This document shows, in pieces, positions 47,784 through 58,247 of a stretch of 64,000 bases of DNA (positions are counted from its first letter, which is position 1; each line of letters opens with the position of its first letter). The stretch comes from Candidatus Bathyarchaeota archaeon. Lineage in GTDB: Archaea; Thermoproteota; Bathyarchaeia; Bathyarchaeales; Bathycorpusculaceae. Under the pieces are notes generated by a model that was given only the letters and a program-made list of their open reading frames with translations, was not told the DNA's origin and made no database searches. The stretch is from positions 1,888,001 to 1,952,000 of the forward strand of contig OY969706.1 of assembly GCA_963702095.1 (NCBI GenBank), written 5' to 3'. Made by a program: the position numbers and the translations under genes.

Positions 47784-49307
47784 TCACTGCGGGGTTGTGG
47801 TTAAGAATTGCTTGTTGTCCACTTTGCATAGGGTTCGGATGAAGTCTCGCCCCATCAGGGATACTGTGCTGAGCCCGATGATGCCGCCTGCCCACTGCCC
47901 CACCATGTAAAAGTTCCGTAGACCCGGCAATGTTTTGCTGACGCCGTTTTTAGTGACTTCTTTCTGGTATTCTTTGGGAGCTCCAAACGCTTGGCCTCCA
48001 TGGAAAGCGCCTGTCCAATGCACCGTTGAAATGGGCGTGACTACATCGCTTGCTTCGACGTTGCCTTGGAAGCCGGGGAAACGTTTCTCGAGTTGCTGCG
48101 CAATCAAATCCGCGACCCTCTGTTTCTCCACACGGTAACTCTCCGGGTTTTCTGAAAGGGCTTTCCAGTAATCGTAGTTGGATTCCATGACAACTTTGAC
48201 GACGGTTTTGCCTTTCGGCGCCATTGTGGGGTCAAAGTTGAAGATTTCAATGTCCAAGCGGTCTCTGGCGACGTCTTCGACTGTTATGGGTTCGTCGAGG
48301 AAACGTACAATCGCATGTGGTTCGCCTGAGAGTGCCATGTTGACGCCGTACCAGACTTCGAGCCCAAACGGTAGCGTCTTGGGGTAAGCTTTGTAGTAGG
48401 CGTTGATTAAGTCGTTGACGTATTTGCCGTCCAACATGCCAAAAATGGTTTGGTAGCCGTCGGCGTTAGAAACCACGCGATCCGCAAAGTGCTCGGAGTC
48501 ATCCTCCAACTGCACTCCCACGGCGGCGTTGTCTTTTACTATTATCTTCTTGACTCTCGCGCGATAGGTAATTTCTCCGCCCAACTCCAGATACCGCTTC
48601 TCGATATTTCTTGACAGCGCCATGGAGCCGCCGATGGGCCATCCGCCGTCGCCCTTGCTCTGCACTGAGAGGAAAATCAGCGGAACCAAGGTGGGCACTT
48701 CTCCAATGTCGTATTGTATAGTGGGGAAGGCTTTGCGCAAGAAAGGGTCGCTGAATTGTTCTGCGTAGGCCTTGAGCAGGAGTTTGCTGTACTTCATCAA
48801 CGAACCCATCAAAGGCAGCATCTTGAGTTTGGCTCCTGCACCACCGGTCATAGCAGCAAACAGGTCCTGCCCACCGAACTGCTTGATAGTTTTGACGAAT
48901 TCATCGATGAGTTTATGGTCTTGTGGCGAGAGTTCTTTTAGGTGGGCTCTGAGTTTTTCAGGGTCAGTATAGAGGCTGAGTACTTTGCCGTCTGCTTCTA
49001 CTTGAACGAACTCTTGGAAGCTGTAGGTCTCCAACCCACGGAGAGCGCCGAGTTCCTGCCATACCTGCGTGTAGACGGAGTGGACGGAGGGGTTGGTGGT
49101 TACGCCGAAGACGTTGTGGACGGCGTAGTCGAAGTTGTAGCCTTTGCGTTTCCAAGATACGCAGACGCCGCCGGGTTTATCCTGCATCTCGAAAATCTTT
49201 GTTTTGTAACCGTTCATTTGGGCATAGCAGCCCGTGGCTAAACCGCCTAAGCCAGCCCCGATCACGATTAATGAATTATTTGTCAATTGAATACTGCTCC
49301 ACGCCAA
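47784..49307 (-). CDS. Phytoene desaturase-like NAD(P)/FAD oxidoreductase
   Basis: IVIGAGLGGL, KPGG, PIGGSMALS and YMVGQW motifs. Confidence 0.88.
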   Translation of the reverse strand: MAWSSIQLTNNSLIVIGAGLGGLATGCYAQMNGYKTKIFEMQDKPGGVCVSWKRKGYNFDYAVHNVFGVTTNPSVHSVYTQVWQELGALRGLETYSFQEFVQVEADGKVLSLYTDPEKLRAHLKELSPQDHKLIDEFVKTIKQFGGQDLFAAMTGGAGAKLKMLPLMGSLMKYSKLLLKAYAEQFSDPFLRKAFPTIQYDIGEVPTLVPLIFLSVQSKGDGGWPIGGSMALSRNIEKRYLELGGEITYRARVKKIIVKDNAAVGVQLEDDSEHFADRVVSNADGYQTIFGMLDGKYVNDLINAYYKAYPKTLPFGLEVWYGVNMALSGEPHAIVRFLDEPITVEDVARDRLDIEIFNFDPTMAPKGKTVVKVVMESNYDYWKALSENPESYRVEKQRVADLIAQQLEKRFPGFQGNVEASDVVTPISTVHWTGAFHGGQAFGAPKEYQKEVTKNGVSKTLPGLRNFYMVGQWAGGIIGLSTVSLMGRDFIRTLCKVDNKQFLTTTPQ

Positions 49308-49360
49308 TTTTTGGGCGTTAACTGTTAATAATATTTTCTACAACGGAAAACATCAATTTG

Positions 49361-50341
49361 TCAAGCCACCAAAAGGCTTACCACCAAGAACAACGCATAG
49401 AGAAAAACAAAGACCCAGCCCTCAAGGCGACCAATTTTTCGTCTCGCCAAAAAATACCAAAGCAACAGATTAGCTATCAAAGAGAAAAGAACAATCCTTG
49501 AAAAAGCGTTAACGTCGATGGTTGTGGGTGAAGACAGCAGAGTTACTCCAAGAATGGCGGTTATGTTTATGAAGCAACTGCCGATAATATTGCCCAGTGC
49601 AAGGTTGACCTGCCCCTTTCTAATCGACGCCAGACTCGTGGATAACTCGGGGACGCTTGTTCCAAACGCAACTATAGTTGCTCCTATAACGACGTTTGGA
49701 ATACCGACGCTGGCAGCCAAAAAAGTCGATGACTCAACAATCAGAAAAGAACAAAAAACAACGCCTAAAGTTCCCCCAATAGCCAAGGCGGTATACTTCC
49801 GAGCCGCCGTCTTCGAAGCAAGAGGCGACGTATTTGGCTCTAAGGGTGTCCTGACTTTGACCAGGCGATACATGTAATAGGCAAAAATTGCAAGCAACAC
49901 AACCCCTATTAGCCTGCTGGCATAGCCGATGTAGAGTAGGACCAAGGGAACCATTGAAGCAACCAACAAGCCAAAGTTGAGGCTGCCCCATTCTTCTTCA
50001 GCCATCTCAGAAACGGTCTTTAGGTTTTTGCGGTAGACTGAGGCAATAATGATAAAGCAGATTCCAAGCACCAAACAAATGTTGACGATGTTGGAGCCTA
50101 ACACGTTACCGATGGATACGCCGACGCTGCCCGGCGAAAGAACCGCGAAAACGGCGATAAGCAACTCTGGCAGCGAAGTCGAAAAAGCCACCAAAATGAA
50201 CCCGACACTGGTTTTTGACATTCCAGTCGTTTCCGCCACTCTTATGGAGTTGGAAACAGTAACGTTACTTGCCCAACTCAGAACAATGAGGGCACCTGCT
50301 AAAACAGCGATGTTCCCAAAAATGCCCAACTGCTCGAACAA
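49361..50341 (-). CDS. Na+/Ca2+ antiporter (CaCA, YrbG-like)
   Basis: Alpha repeats STSLPEL...GNVLGSNI and GTSVPEL...GNIIGS. Confidence 0.92.
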   Translation of the reverse strand: MFEQLGIFGNIAVLAGALIVLSWASNVTVSNSIRVAETTGMSKTSVGFILVAFSTSLPELLIAVFAVLSPGSVGVSIGNVLGSNIVNICLVLGICFIIIASVYRKNLKTVSEMAEEEWGSLNFGLLVASMVPLVLLYIGYASRLIGVVLLAIFAYYMYRLVKVRTPLEPNTSPLASKTAARKYTALAIGGTLGVVFCSFLIVESSTFLAASVGIPNVVIGATIVAFGTSVPELSTSLASIRKGQVNLALGNIIGSCFINITAILGVTLLSSPTTIDVNAFSRIVLFSLIANLLLWYFLARRKIGRLEGWVFVFLYALFLVVSLLVA

Positions 50342-50514
50342 CCAAAAAACTCCAAAAATACTACCTCTTTTATCTTATTAAAATGGTCGTGTCACACAGG
50401 GATAGAGCAAAAAGCGAGAAAAGCGGGATTGACTGATAAACGCCGTGAACTACGTGTTTGTTTCTTCAACCGAAAAGGTGGAGGTAGAGCTTGTTATGGT
50501 GGCTTTCGAGCTTC

Positions 50515-50817
50515 TCAGGGTTGGTACTCGGTTATTTCTTTGCTTGCACCCAAATCTTTGAGTGGAGGCGTCATAGTCACAACGTCGCCGACAGCCTGAA
50601 CCATCTTTGTTGGGATACAAACGGTTGAGCTCCGAAACCGTTTCTTAAAGCCCAGTTCTGTAGCAGCGGTATCGGATAGTTTAACGTACAACTGTGGAAC
50701 TTGCCATGTTGTGGTGTCTAAGATAGCACCTTTTACTTCGCCTACGATGAAGCCGCCAGTTCCAATAACTTGTTTACCAATAATTGTTTCAAAACTTATC
50801 ATATTATTCACCAACAA
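50515..50817 (-). CDS. PRC-barrel domain protein
   Basis: IIGKQVIGTGGFIVGEV...VQAVGDVV pattern. Confidence 0.8.
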   Translation of the reverse strand: MLVNNMISFETIIGKQVIGTGGFIVGEVKGAILDTTTWQVPQLYVKLSDTAATELGFKKRFRSSTVCIPTKMVQAVGDVVTMTPPLKDLGASKEITEYQP

Positions 50818-50947
50818 ATCACTAACCCTTTAAACTTGGGTTTACCTGCATACTCCAATTTCAATTAATTTCCTGAGAATATAAAGCTTGTTACTCAAAG
50901 TTAGAGCAGTTAGCTAAACTGAGGAAACAGCGTAAAACAGAGCAAAT

Positions 50948-51025
50948 TGGCGGGCCCGACGGGAATTGAACCCGCGACCTAAGGATTAAGAGTCCTCCGC
51001 TCTAGCCTGACTGAGCCACGGGCCC
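50948..51025 (-). tRNA. tRNA-Lys(CTT)
   Basis: Reverse complement GGGCCCGTGGCTCAG...GAGGA-CTCTTAA-TCCTT...GGTTCAATTCC...CGGGCCCGCCA. Confidence 0.96.
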
Positions 51026-51153
51026 ACACGCACTCTAAGAACAGCAGGGAATATTTATGCCCATTGATTTGCTCATAGAGTGTTTTTCATAGTTTCTGTT
51101 GATAAATAAAAACCCTTTGCAGCACCGTCAGCCCTTGCTTGCAGCAACGTCAA

Positions 51154-51293
51154 TTCTGCTTGAGAAAAACGCCTCAACCAAACCGCAACCCAAAACACAA
51201 CCCCCCAGCAAAACACAAACCATCCCGCAGTCCACAGGAAGAAGATGAGTAAGGGCGGCGCTGCCTTCTTCTTTAATACTAGAAACAAGAGCC
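51154..51293 (+). repeat. Dispersed intergenic element, copy D
   Basis: TTCTGCTTGAGAAAAACGCCTCAACC...GAAGAAGATGAGTAAGGGCGGCGCTGCCTTCTTC...CTAGAAACAAGAGCC. Confidence 0.7.
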
Positions 51294-51351
51294 GTTTGTT
51301 ACTGCAGCCTGATGCAGACAAGACTAATAGCATCGAGGCACCACTCTTATT

Positions 51352-52290
51352 TTGGCGATAAATTTGACCAATTCTTCTAGCGAAGTTTTCATCCTAAAAA
51401 CCACTGACCGCGCCTCAGGCATCCCCAAACTCCTCGAACAATTCAACCTAAACGATTACTCAGGCAAACAGGTGGCGTTGAAAGCGAATTTTAACAGTGC
51501 CGACCCCTTCCCCGCGTCAACCCACCTTGATACCCTGCGAGCCGTAGTGGAGGCGCTCAAGAACGCAGGTGCAGGGAAGGTTTCGATGGCGGAACGCAGC
51601 GGCATGGGAGACACCCGTGAAGTGCTTGAGCAAATGGGCGTTTTTAGGTTGGCAGAGGAGTTGGGGTTTGAAGCGATCGTTTTAGACGATGTAGGCAAGG
51701 AGGATTGGGTAAAGTTTGACCGTGATGAAACCCATTGGCTAAGGGGCTTCTACCTTGCCAGAGTGTTCCATGACGCCGACAAGGTAGTGCAGACCTGCTG
51801 CCTCAAAACCCACCGTTACGGCGGCCACTTCACATTGTCCATGAAAAACTCTGTAGGCATGGTTGCTAAGAGGGTGCCGGGCGGCATGTACGATTACATG
51901 TGGGAGCTACATGGGTCACCTTTTCAGCGGCAAATGATCGCGGAAATCAACAGCCACTACAACCTAGACTGGGTAGTTATGGACGGTATCAAAGCGTTTG
52001 TGGCGGGTGGTCCCGAAAGCGGCGATTTGGCGGAGCCGGGGTTACTGTTGGCAAGTCGGGATAGGGTGGCGATTGATGTGGTGGGAGTTGCGGTTCTCAA
52101 ATTGTATGGTGCAAGGGGAAAAGTGGGTTCAGAAAACGTTTTTGCCCAAGACCAAATCCGAAGAGCTGCCGAACTTGGCTTTGGCGCACAGTCGCCTAGA
52201 GACATAAAGTTGACTGCGCTAAACAGTGAAGCAGAAGTAGAAGTTGAGCGAATTGACAGAGTGTTGAATGCACAGATACTTACACATTAA
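51352..52290 (+). CDS. DUF362 domain protein
   Basis: VALKANFN, LKTHRYGGHFTLSMKN and ASRDRVAID motifs. Confidence 0.88.
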   Translation: MAINLTNSSSEVFILKTTDRASGIPKLLEQFNLNDYSGKQVALKANFNSADPFPASTHLDTLRAVVEALKNAGAGKVSMAERSGMGDTREVLEQMGVFRLAEELGFEAIVLDDVGKEDWVKFDRDETHWLRGFYLARVFHDADKVVQTCCLKTHRYGGHFTLSMKNSVGMVAKRVPGGMYDYMWELHGSPFQRQMIAEINSHYNLDWVVMDGIKAFVAGGPESGDLAEPGLLLASRDRVAIDVVGVAVLKLYGARGKVGSENVFAQDQIRRAAELGFGAQSPRDIKLTALNSEAEVEVERIDRVLNAQILTH

Positions 52291-52313
52291 GCTGCATCCG
52301 AAAAAAGGGGAGT

Positions 52314-53390
52314 TTAGAGGGTTTTGCTGGCGTTTAAGCGTGGTTTGAGTTTTGAGAGGATTTTGGGGCTTGTAATCAACGCAAAAACAAGAGAAATCGC
52401 AGTTAAGGTACCTGTGGCGTAGCCAAGCACAACAGGGTCAGCCAGGGTAATCGTCGACTCTTTGGGACCCACATACTCCGTTGAAGCCACCGCACTCGCA
52501 CAGTACCATGCAACAGGCTGATCAGCAGTGATTCCGCCCCCGACTGAAACGTGATCTATGCCTGCGTTGTGGTTGTTGGTTAAGTTTTGTGCAGCTAAGA
52601 TTTCGACGTCGTTTAGGTAAAAGTGGACTTCTCCGTTCCCAGCGCTCTGTGTGCCCTTGAGTTCAACGAGGTACCAGGTGTTGGCTGCCACGGTCTCTGT
52701 GGAGTTTAGGCTTAGCACTTTGTCGCCGTCAACGTATGCGAGGCTCCAGTGGCAGGCGCCGTTTATGCGGACAACGTTTAGGGCGCAGACGCCGTTTGCA
52801 GGGGTAAAGTTGCCTTCTATGGCAGAATTGTATATGCCTCCGGCGCCGATTATGTTGCCGTCGGTTGTGGGCAAGTTGCCGAAGAATAGGTACCATCGCC
52901 AATTCAGGCTGTCGTAAGTTTGGTTGAGCCACTTGTAGACGTAGCCCCATTGGTTGGTTGTGGCATAGGTGGTGGAGCATTTCAGCATTGAATTAACCAC
53001 GCCCAAGTTGACCCCGCTTATGTCCGCGTTTGTCCATGCGCTTGTGTTGCCTGATGCAAAGTCGTCGCTGAACACGATGGAAGCTGGGTCAGGTGTAGGG
53101 TAGGGATGTGGAGTTGGAATAGGTGTTGGAACGGGGGTGGCGGTTGGCGCTTGTGTCGGATTTGTGGTGGGTGAGGGGGTTGCAGATGGGGATTGTGTGG
53201 GTTTTGCGGTTGTGTCTGGTGTCGGTGTGGTTGTTGGGGTGGGTGGTGTAGGCGTCGGTTTGGGAGTGGCGGTTGGTTGAGTATTGTTGCTATCTGATGC
53301 CGAGGGGGAGTACACCATTGCGGTGATTCCTACGGCAATTAACAAAACAGCGATGACGCCAATGGAGAGAAAAACAGTTTTATTATTCAT
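52314..53390 (-). CDS. Surface protein with Pro/Thr linker and beta-sandwich (lectin-like) domain
   Basis: N-terminal TM, long PT-rich stalk, [10 protein letters not shown] domain, C-terminal hydrophobic segment. Confidence 0.7.
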   Translation of the reverse strand: MNNKTVFLSIGVIAVLLIAVGITAMVYSPSASDSNNTQPTATPKPTPTPPTPTTTPTPDTTAKPTQSPSATPSPTTNPTQAPTATPVPTPIPTPHPYPTPDPASIVFSDDFASGNTSAWTNADISGVNLGVVNSMLKCSTTYATTNQWGYVYKWLNQTYDSLNWRWYLFFGNLPTTDGNIIGAGGIYNSAIEGNFTPANGVCALNVVRINGACHWSLAYVDGDKVLSLNSTETVAANTWYLVELKGTQSAGNGEVHFYLNDVEILAAQNLTNNHNAGIDHVSVGGGITADQPVAWYCASAVASTEYVGPKESTITLADPVVLGYATGTLTAISLVFALITSPKILSKLKPRLNASKTL

Positions 53391-53538
53391 TTAAAATTCT
53401 CCTAAACCAGAAGAAGCCAATAGCAAGGAATTCCTTGCCTTCAGAAAATAATATGCGGCGATTAATTATTAATGCATGTGACTGTGCGTTGCCTCTAGCA
53501 AATCAGCGCCAAACACAGCTAGTTTGGGATAAGAACCG

Positions 53539-53856
53539 CTATTCTTCTTGCCTCTGGAACAGTTCAGTAGAAAAAACCTTAAAGTTCTCGCTGGTCGGAG
53601 GTTTCTCCAGTAAATTCTGGATTTTTTTCTTAGATTCGGCAAATGCTTCCTTTGCAGATGAATTCAGTGCTTCTTCATCTTGCCAAACTGTCAAAATCAC
53701 CGCAGTGTTCGGCGCCTCGGTGGAGAACATCGACAAGTAGCCTCGGAACCCCTTGATTAATCTGACCGAAGAGTTGAGTGCGTTGTCGAGTTCTAAAAAG
53801 CCCTCTTCTGCTTTACCTTTCTTAAAAGTCCAAGTTGACATCCTAGCCGAAACCAT
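53539..53856 (-). CDS. Antibiotic biosynthesis monooxygenase (ABM)-like protein
   Basis: IKGFRGY...ILTVWQDEEA pattern. Confidence 0.75.
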   Translation of the reverse strand: MVSARMSTWTFKKGKAEEGFLELDNALNSSVRLIKGFRGYLSMFSTEAPNTAVILTVWQDEEALNSSAKEAFAESKKKIQNLLEKPPTSENFKVFSTELFQRQEE

Positions 53857-53898
53857 ACATGTACACCAATTACTGATTGGCTCTTTGACCTTAAATAT

Positions 53899-54417
53899 TT
53901 AGAGGAGGTCGCCGATGCCATAGCGTTGGTCAAGGGCTTTTAGGAGTGCTTTGCGGAGGTCTTCGCCGTAGATTCCTGATGCTTTGAAGCCGCCTACTTC
54001 ATCGGCTAATTCTTTGTCGCCGATTACTTGGTCAAGCCAGCCTTCGAAGTCGCCGCGGTACAAATGGAAATCCAGTGAGTCAGAACACACCTGCTTTATC
54101 TGCCGATAGAACTCTTCGAGTGAATTAGCATTAAACCCCAGTGGTCTATCAACGCCTATGTGGAAGTGGAACGCTTTTTCTGGGGGAACAACGATCGGCA
54201 TTTTTAGGGCGTTTTTGCCTTTTTCAGTTAAGCCGTATCCAGCGCCGACTTTATGCAGAAAGCCTTTTTTCGCCAGTTCCTGCACATCCGCAATTGCCTC
54301 GTCGGGTGTGAGGTGAACTGCTTCTGCGAACACGTGTAGATCCATGCGGTTGGTGGCTTCATGCATGGTTCTTAAAATTCTTAGCTGCTCGTCCTTCAAG
54401 AATTGTCGCCTCGACAC
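53899..54417 (-). CDS. wHTH plus DUF5752-like domain protein
   Basis: N-terminal wHTH (YGLTEKG); C-terminal AFHFH...ANSLEEF...SLDFHLYRGDFEGWL...GDKELA. Confidence 0.75.
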   Translation of the reverse strand: MSRRQFLKDEQLRILRTMHEATNRMDLHVFAEAVHLTPDEAIADVQELAKKGFLHKVGAGYGLTEKGKNALKMPIVVPPEKAFHFHIGVDRPLGFNANSLEEFYRQIKQVCSDSLDFHLYRGDFEGWLDQVIGDKELADEVGGFKASGIYGEDLRKALLKALDQRYGIGDLL

Positions 54418-54495
54418 TAACTATAGTGGGGAGGGGCAATTTAAATGTGTCAATACTTAAAGGTGACTTGAATGTTTAGCTATTCGGCTACTCGT

Positions 54496-55224
54496 TTAGT
54501 TGGTTGAAGATGCCTCTTTAATGTAGCCTGCAACCGTTTCATCCGCTAACATATCCATCTTCTTTGTCGCAGTGGGGATAACGGCGATTTTGATTCTTAT
54601 GGGTAATTGCCTTGCATCCAAAGCTTTAACCAAACATTTTACCACAAGTTGGGTGCTTTCTTGTAAAGTTAAGCCTTCGCGGTAGGCGTCCTTGAGTATT
54701 GACAGGGCTGTTTCTTTTCCTGCGCCTATGGCGGTGGCTTTGAATCCGCGGTAGGTTCCGCCTGGGTGAGTGGCAAATAAATGTGCACCTGTTTTGTCGA
54801 CGCCACCTACGAGTATGGCAACGCCGAAGGGTCGTCCGCCGCCATGCTGCGTGTACACTTGCTGGACATCACATATCTTCGCGGTTAAGGCTTCTACATC
54901 GATGGGTTCATCGTAGGTTAGTTTGTTGCTTTGAGCGTCTATGCGGGCTTGGTTGACTAGGACTCGGGCATCAGAGCTCAAACCCACAATCGCCGTGCCG
55001 ATATGGGTGTCTAACTGGAAGATTTTCCATGAGTTGCCTGCTTCTTCTAGCACCTCGGGGTTTTCTTCTGAGCCTAAGACAACGCCTTCTTTGCATTGGA
55101 TGCCCAGTACGGTTGCACCGCGGTTAACTAGTTCCATGGCGTATTCTACTTGAAAGAGTCGCCCCTCAGGCGAAAAAACCGTATTATTATAATCGTAAGC
55201 TCCTGGCCTAGCAAACAGAGACAT
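54496..55224 (-). CDS. psmA: Proteasome alpha subunit
   Basis: FSPEGRLFQVEYA and RPFGVAIL motifs; ATG at 55224 (MSLFARPG) is preferred to the track start at 55254. Confidence 0.93.
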   Translation of the reverse strand: MSLFARPGAYDYNNTVFSPEGRLFQVEYAMELVNRGATVLGIQCKEGVVLGSEENPEVLEEAGNSWKIFQLDTHIGTAIVGLSSDARVLVNQARIDAQSNKLTYDEPIDVEALTAKICDVQQVYTQHGGGRPFGVAILVGGVDKTGAHLFATHPGGTYRGFKATAIGAGKETALSILKDAYREGLTLQESTQLVVKCLVKALDARQLPIRIKIAVIPTATKKMDMLADETVAGYIKEASSTN

Positions 55225-55348
55225 ACAGTGGACACCAGATTTGACACCACTCAAGTATCCGATGGTTCATATAAGGCTACGCTATCTAAATGGTCCAAAC
55301 TAAAGGCGGCGGCAAGTATTTCTGCAGCAGAAACTAAACAGTACCTGA

Positions 55349-55681
55349 GTGTTAGCTTTGGCAACCGATTTTATCATTGTTTTAGTCACAACCAAAGACA
55401 AAGCAGAAGCAGAAAAAATCAGCTTAGCGCTGCTGGAGGAAAGGCTGATTGCATGCGCCAACGTCGTAAGCCCGGTGGCGTCGTGTTTTTTGTGGCAGGG
55501 TAAAATCGACCGTGCAGAAGAATGCCTTGTCGTGATGAAGTCACATAAAGACCTGTTTGCCCAGTTGGAGGCGCGGGTTAGGTTGCTGCATAGCTATGAA
55601 GTGCCCGAGATAGTAGCTCTGCCGATTGTGGATGGTTCGGCTGATTATTTAGGGTGGATGAGGCAGGTTCTCAAACAGTAA
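55349..55681 (+). CDS. cutA: Divalent-cation tolerance protein CutA
   Basis: LLEERLIACAN, WQGKI and HSYEVPEI motifs. Confidence 0.93.
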   Translation: MLALATDFIIVLVTTKDKAEAEKISLALLEERLIACANVVSPVASCFLWQGKIDRAEECLVVMKSHKDLFAQLEARVRLLHSYEVPEIVALPIVDGSADYLGWMRQVLKQ

Positions 55682-55792
55682 AGCCCTATTCGGCAAGCGT
55701 TTTTTCTGCAATCTTTTTTGGAACTGCAAAAAATTATTTGGTCACAGATTGGCTTGTTTTTTAGTTACCGATAAATACAAGCGCAAAAATAT

Positions 55793-56782
55793 TTGACTAA
55801 GATGCAGGCAATTAAACGCCACAAACTTGCGGCAGTATTCTCCATACTACTCATCGTTGTATTGGCTATTTCAATAATGGCAATCCTCGAAAACACACCC
55901 AAACCCCAGCCTAGGCCATCCCCCACACCGACACCCTCACCAGCTCCAACACCAACCTTGTCCCCGACAGCAACCACAACCGTCGCCCCGACTGAAATCA
56001 CAACCCCAAAAACCCCCGCCACGCAACCGCCCACACATGGAGTCTCACTTTTGCCCGGCGAAGTAAGCGAATATGAAGGCCAAGCCTTAACACCCATCAA
56101 TGCTTACTTAGCTCAAACTAGTGAGCACCCCGATGTTGCCATAGCGGGGGTTCAATACATTGATACTGACACTTACCATTTAGCCATCACTGGAATGGTA
56201 AATAACCCAGTAGATTACACCTACGACCAAGTTGTCAACAACTTTAATTATACTTTGCAAGTTGTAACTTTGCCCTGTGTAGAGGGTTGGGGCGTAACTA
56301 TGCTCTGGCAAGGAGTAACTCTAACTGATCTGCTCAATCAAACCGGTGTGGGTTCGGATGCGAATACGCTTATTTTCTTGGCTTCGGATGGTTACTCTAC
56401 CTCGCTGCCTCTGGACTACGTTAGAGAAAACAACATTATGATTGCCTACAAAATGAACAACCTTACTCTTACGCCGCAGACGGGGTGGCCTTTCTTTTTA
56501 GTCGCCAAAAGCCTCTATGGTTACAAGTGGATAGAGTGGGTAACTGAGATTAACGTGTCAAATGATTCTAACTATTTGGGTTACTGGGAGAGTCGCGGTT
56601 ACCCTAACTTGGCGACTGTGCAAAACGTTGGTGGCAGTGCAGAGTTGCCGAATGGGTTTACGGTTGTTTTCTTGGTTGGTGTTACTGCGGTTGTGTGTGT
56701 TGCTGTGGCGGCGGGGGTTGTTTTGTTGCGGGTGAGGAGAAGACAAACACACACTGTACAGTTTTGTACAGATAAGCCTTAA
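55793..56782 (+). CDS. Membrane-anchored sulfite-oxidase-family molybdopterin protein
   Basis: LPCVEGW, DGYSTSLPL, YGYKWIEW and GYWESRGY motifs; N- and C-terminal TM helices. Confidence 0.88.
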   Translation: MTKMQAIKRHKLAAVFSILLIVVLAISIMAILENTPKPQPRPSPTPTPSPAPTPTLSPTATTTVAPTEITTPKTPATQPPTHGVSLLPGEVSEYEGQALTPINAYLAQTSEHPDVAIAGVQYIDTDTYHLAITGMVNNPVDYTYDQVVNNFNYTLQVVTLPCVEGWGVTMLWQGVTLTDLLNQTGVGSDANTLIFLASDGYSTSLPLDYVRENNIMIAYKMNNLTLTPQTGWPFFLVAKSLYGYKWIEWVTEINVSNDSNYLGYWESRGYPNLATVQNVGGSAELPNGFTVVFLVGVTAVVCVAVAAGVVLLRVRRRQTHTVQFCTDKP

Positions 56783-56825
56783 ATAACACATTGCTGTATT
56801 GATGTGAACCATACCTGGAGCATGA

Positions 56826-58247
56826 TTACAATGGGGAATCGCCTTTGGCACACAAACCACAACGGCCACCAAGCCGCTAAACTACGTTAAACACAACTAC
56901 CACCAAAACCCACCCATAGAAATCTTTTCAAAACTCCACCAACACTACCAAACCGCCTACCTCCTCGAATCCATCGAAGGCCCCCAAAAACTCGCACAGT
57001 ACAGCTTCTTAGGCTTCGACCCAAAAATCACCATAACCGCCAAAAACGGCGCCGTAACCACAACCAACACCCAAACCGGCGAAACCTCAACCCAACACAC
57101 CAACGACCCCTTCAAAATCATACAGCAGCAGCTTGCACCCTACGCAAACGACATGGTGGACTTCCGCTTCGTCGGCGGCGCCTTGGGTTACATTGGCTAT
57201 GATGCGGTGCGCTACATCGAGAAGCTGCCCGATCAGAAACCTGACACTTTGGGCTTTCCCGATGTTGATATGGGTATTTTTGAGGATGGGTTAGTGTTTG
57301 ACCACACACAAAAGCAAGCTTACTATTATTTCAGGGGCGAAAACCGCCTGGATGAAATCAAGGCGTTGCTACAGGAGGCGCCTGCAAAAGAGGAACCCTT
57401 CACCTACACCCAGCCTAAAGTAGACACTGCGAAACCGGATTTTGAGCAGGCAGTTACTAAAGCCAAACAGTACATTACCGCAGGAGACATCTTTCAAGTT
57501 GTACTCTCCAAACGCTTCGGCTTCCAATACAGCGGCAGCTTACTCTCCTTCTACAAGAGCCTCCGCCAAATCAACCCCTCCCCCTACATGTACTACTACA
57601 AGTCAGGCAACCGCCAAATCGTCGGCGCAAGCCCTGAGATGCTTGTGCGCGTGGACAAACGCAAAGTCATGACTTTCCCCATCGCCGGCACCGTCCCGCA
57701 CACGCTTGACCCAGAGGAGAACTCCCGCTTGGGCAAACAGATGCTCGACGACCCCAAGGAGCGGGCGGAGCACGTGATGCTTGTGGATTTAGCACGCAAC
57801 GACATAGGCAGAATCAGCCGCTACGGCAGCGTGTCAGTTCCTGAGTTTATGCAGATTCACCAGTTCAGCCACGTCCAACACATTGTCTCGCAGGTGGTCG
57901 GTGATTTGAAGGAGGGATTGGAGAGTTTTGATTCATTCAAAGCCGTCTTCCCCGCGGGCACTGTTTCGGGGGCGCCGAAGGTGCGGGCGATGGAAATCAT
58001 CGAGGAACTTGAGCTCACAAGGCGCGGTCCATACGCGGGGGCAGTGGGCTATTTTAGCTGCAACGGCAATGCTGACTTCGCCATAACCATCCGCACCCTC
58101 TTCGCCGAAGGCAACACCGCCTACATCCAAGCTGGCGCGGGTATAGTGGCTGATTCGGACCCTGAGAAAGAGTGGTTTGAAACCGACCATAAAGCCAAGG
58201 CGCTGATGCAAGCGCTGGAACATGCACAGGGAGGCAAGGGGCAATGA
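56826..58247 (+). CDS. trpE: Anthranilate synthase component I (5' start unresolved)
   Basis: The frame is open from 56826 through AYLLESIEGPQKLAQYSFLGFDP into the tracked ORF (GDIFQVVLS, NPSPYM, EHVMLVDLARND, PAGTVSGAPK); no in-frame ATG/GTG/TTG occurs before 57153. Confidence 0.9.
   Translation, partial: LQWGIAFGTQTTTATKPLNYVKHNYHQNPPIEIFSKLHQHYQTAYLLESIEGPQKLAQYSFLGFDPKITITAKNGAVTTTNTQTGETSTQHTNDPFKIIQQQLAPYANDMVDFRFVGGALGYIGYDAVRYIEKLPDQKPDTLGFPDVDMGIFEDGLVFDHTQKQAYYYFRGENRLDEIKALLQEAPAKEEPFTYTQPKVDTAKPDFEQAVTKAKQYITAGDIFQVVLSKRFGFQYSGSLLSFYKSLRQINPSPYMYYYKSGNRQIVGASPEMLVRVDKRKVMTFPIAGTVPHTLDPEENSRLGKQMLDDPKERAEHVMLVDLARNDIGRISRYGSVSVPEFMQIHQFSHVQHIVSQVVGDLKEGLESFDSFKAVFPAGTVSGAPKVRAMEIIEELELTRRGPYAGAVGYFSCNGNADFAITIRTLFAEGNTAYIQAGAGIVADSDPEKEWFETDHKAKALMQALEHAQGGKGQ

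Noticed and set aside
51073-51333. 86-aa minus-strand ORF
   Set aside because: It is the antisense translation of dispersed element copy D.
53095-53285. GT-rich low-complexity tract (similar AC-rich tract at about 55895-56035)
   Set aside because: Explained by Pro/Thr linker codons in surface proteins.
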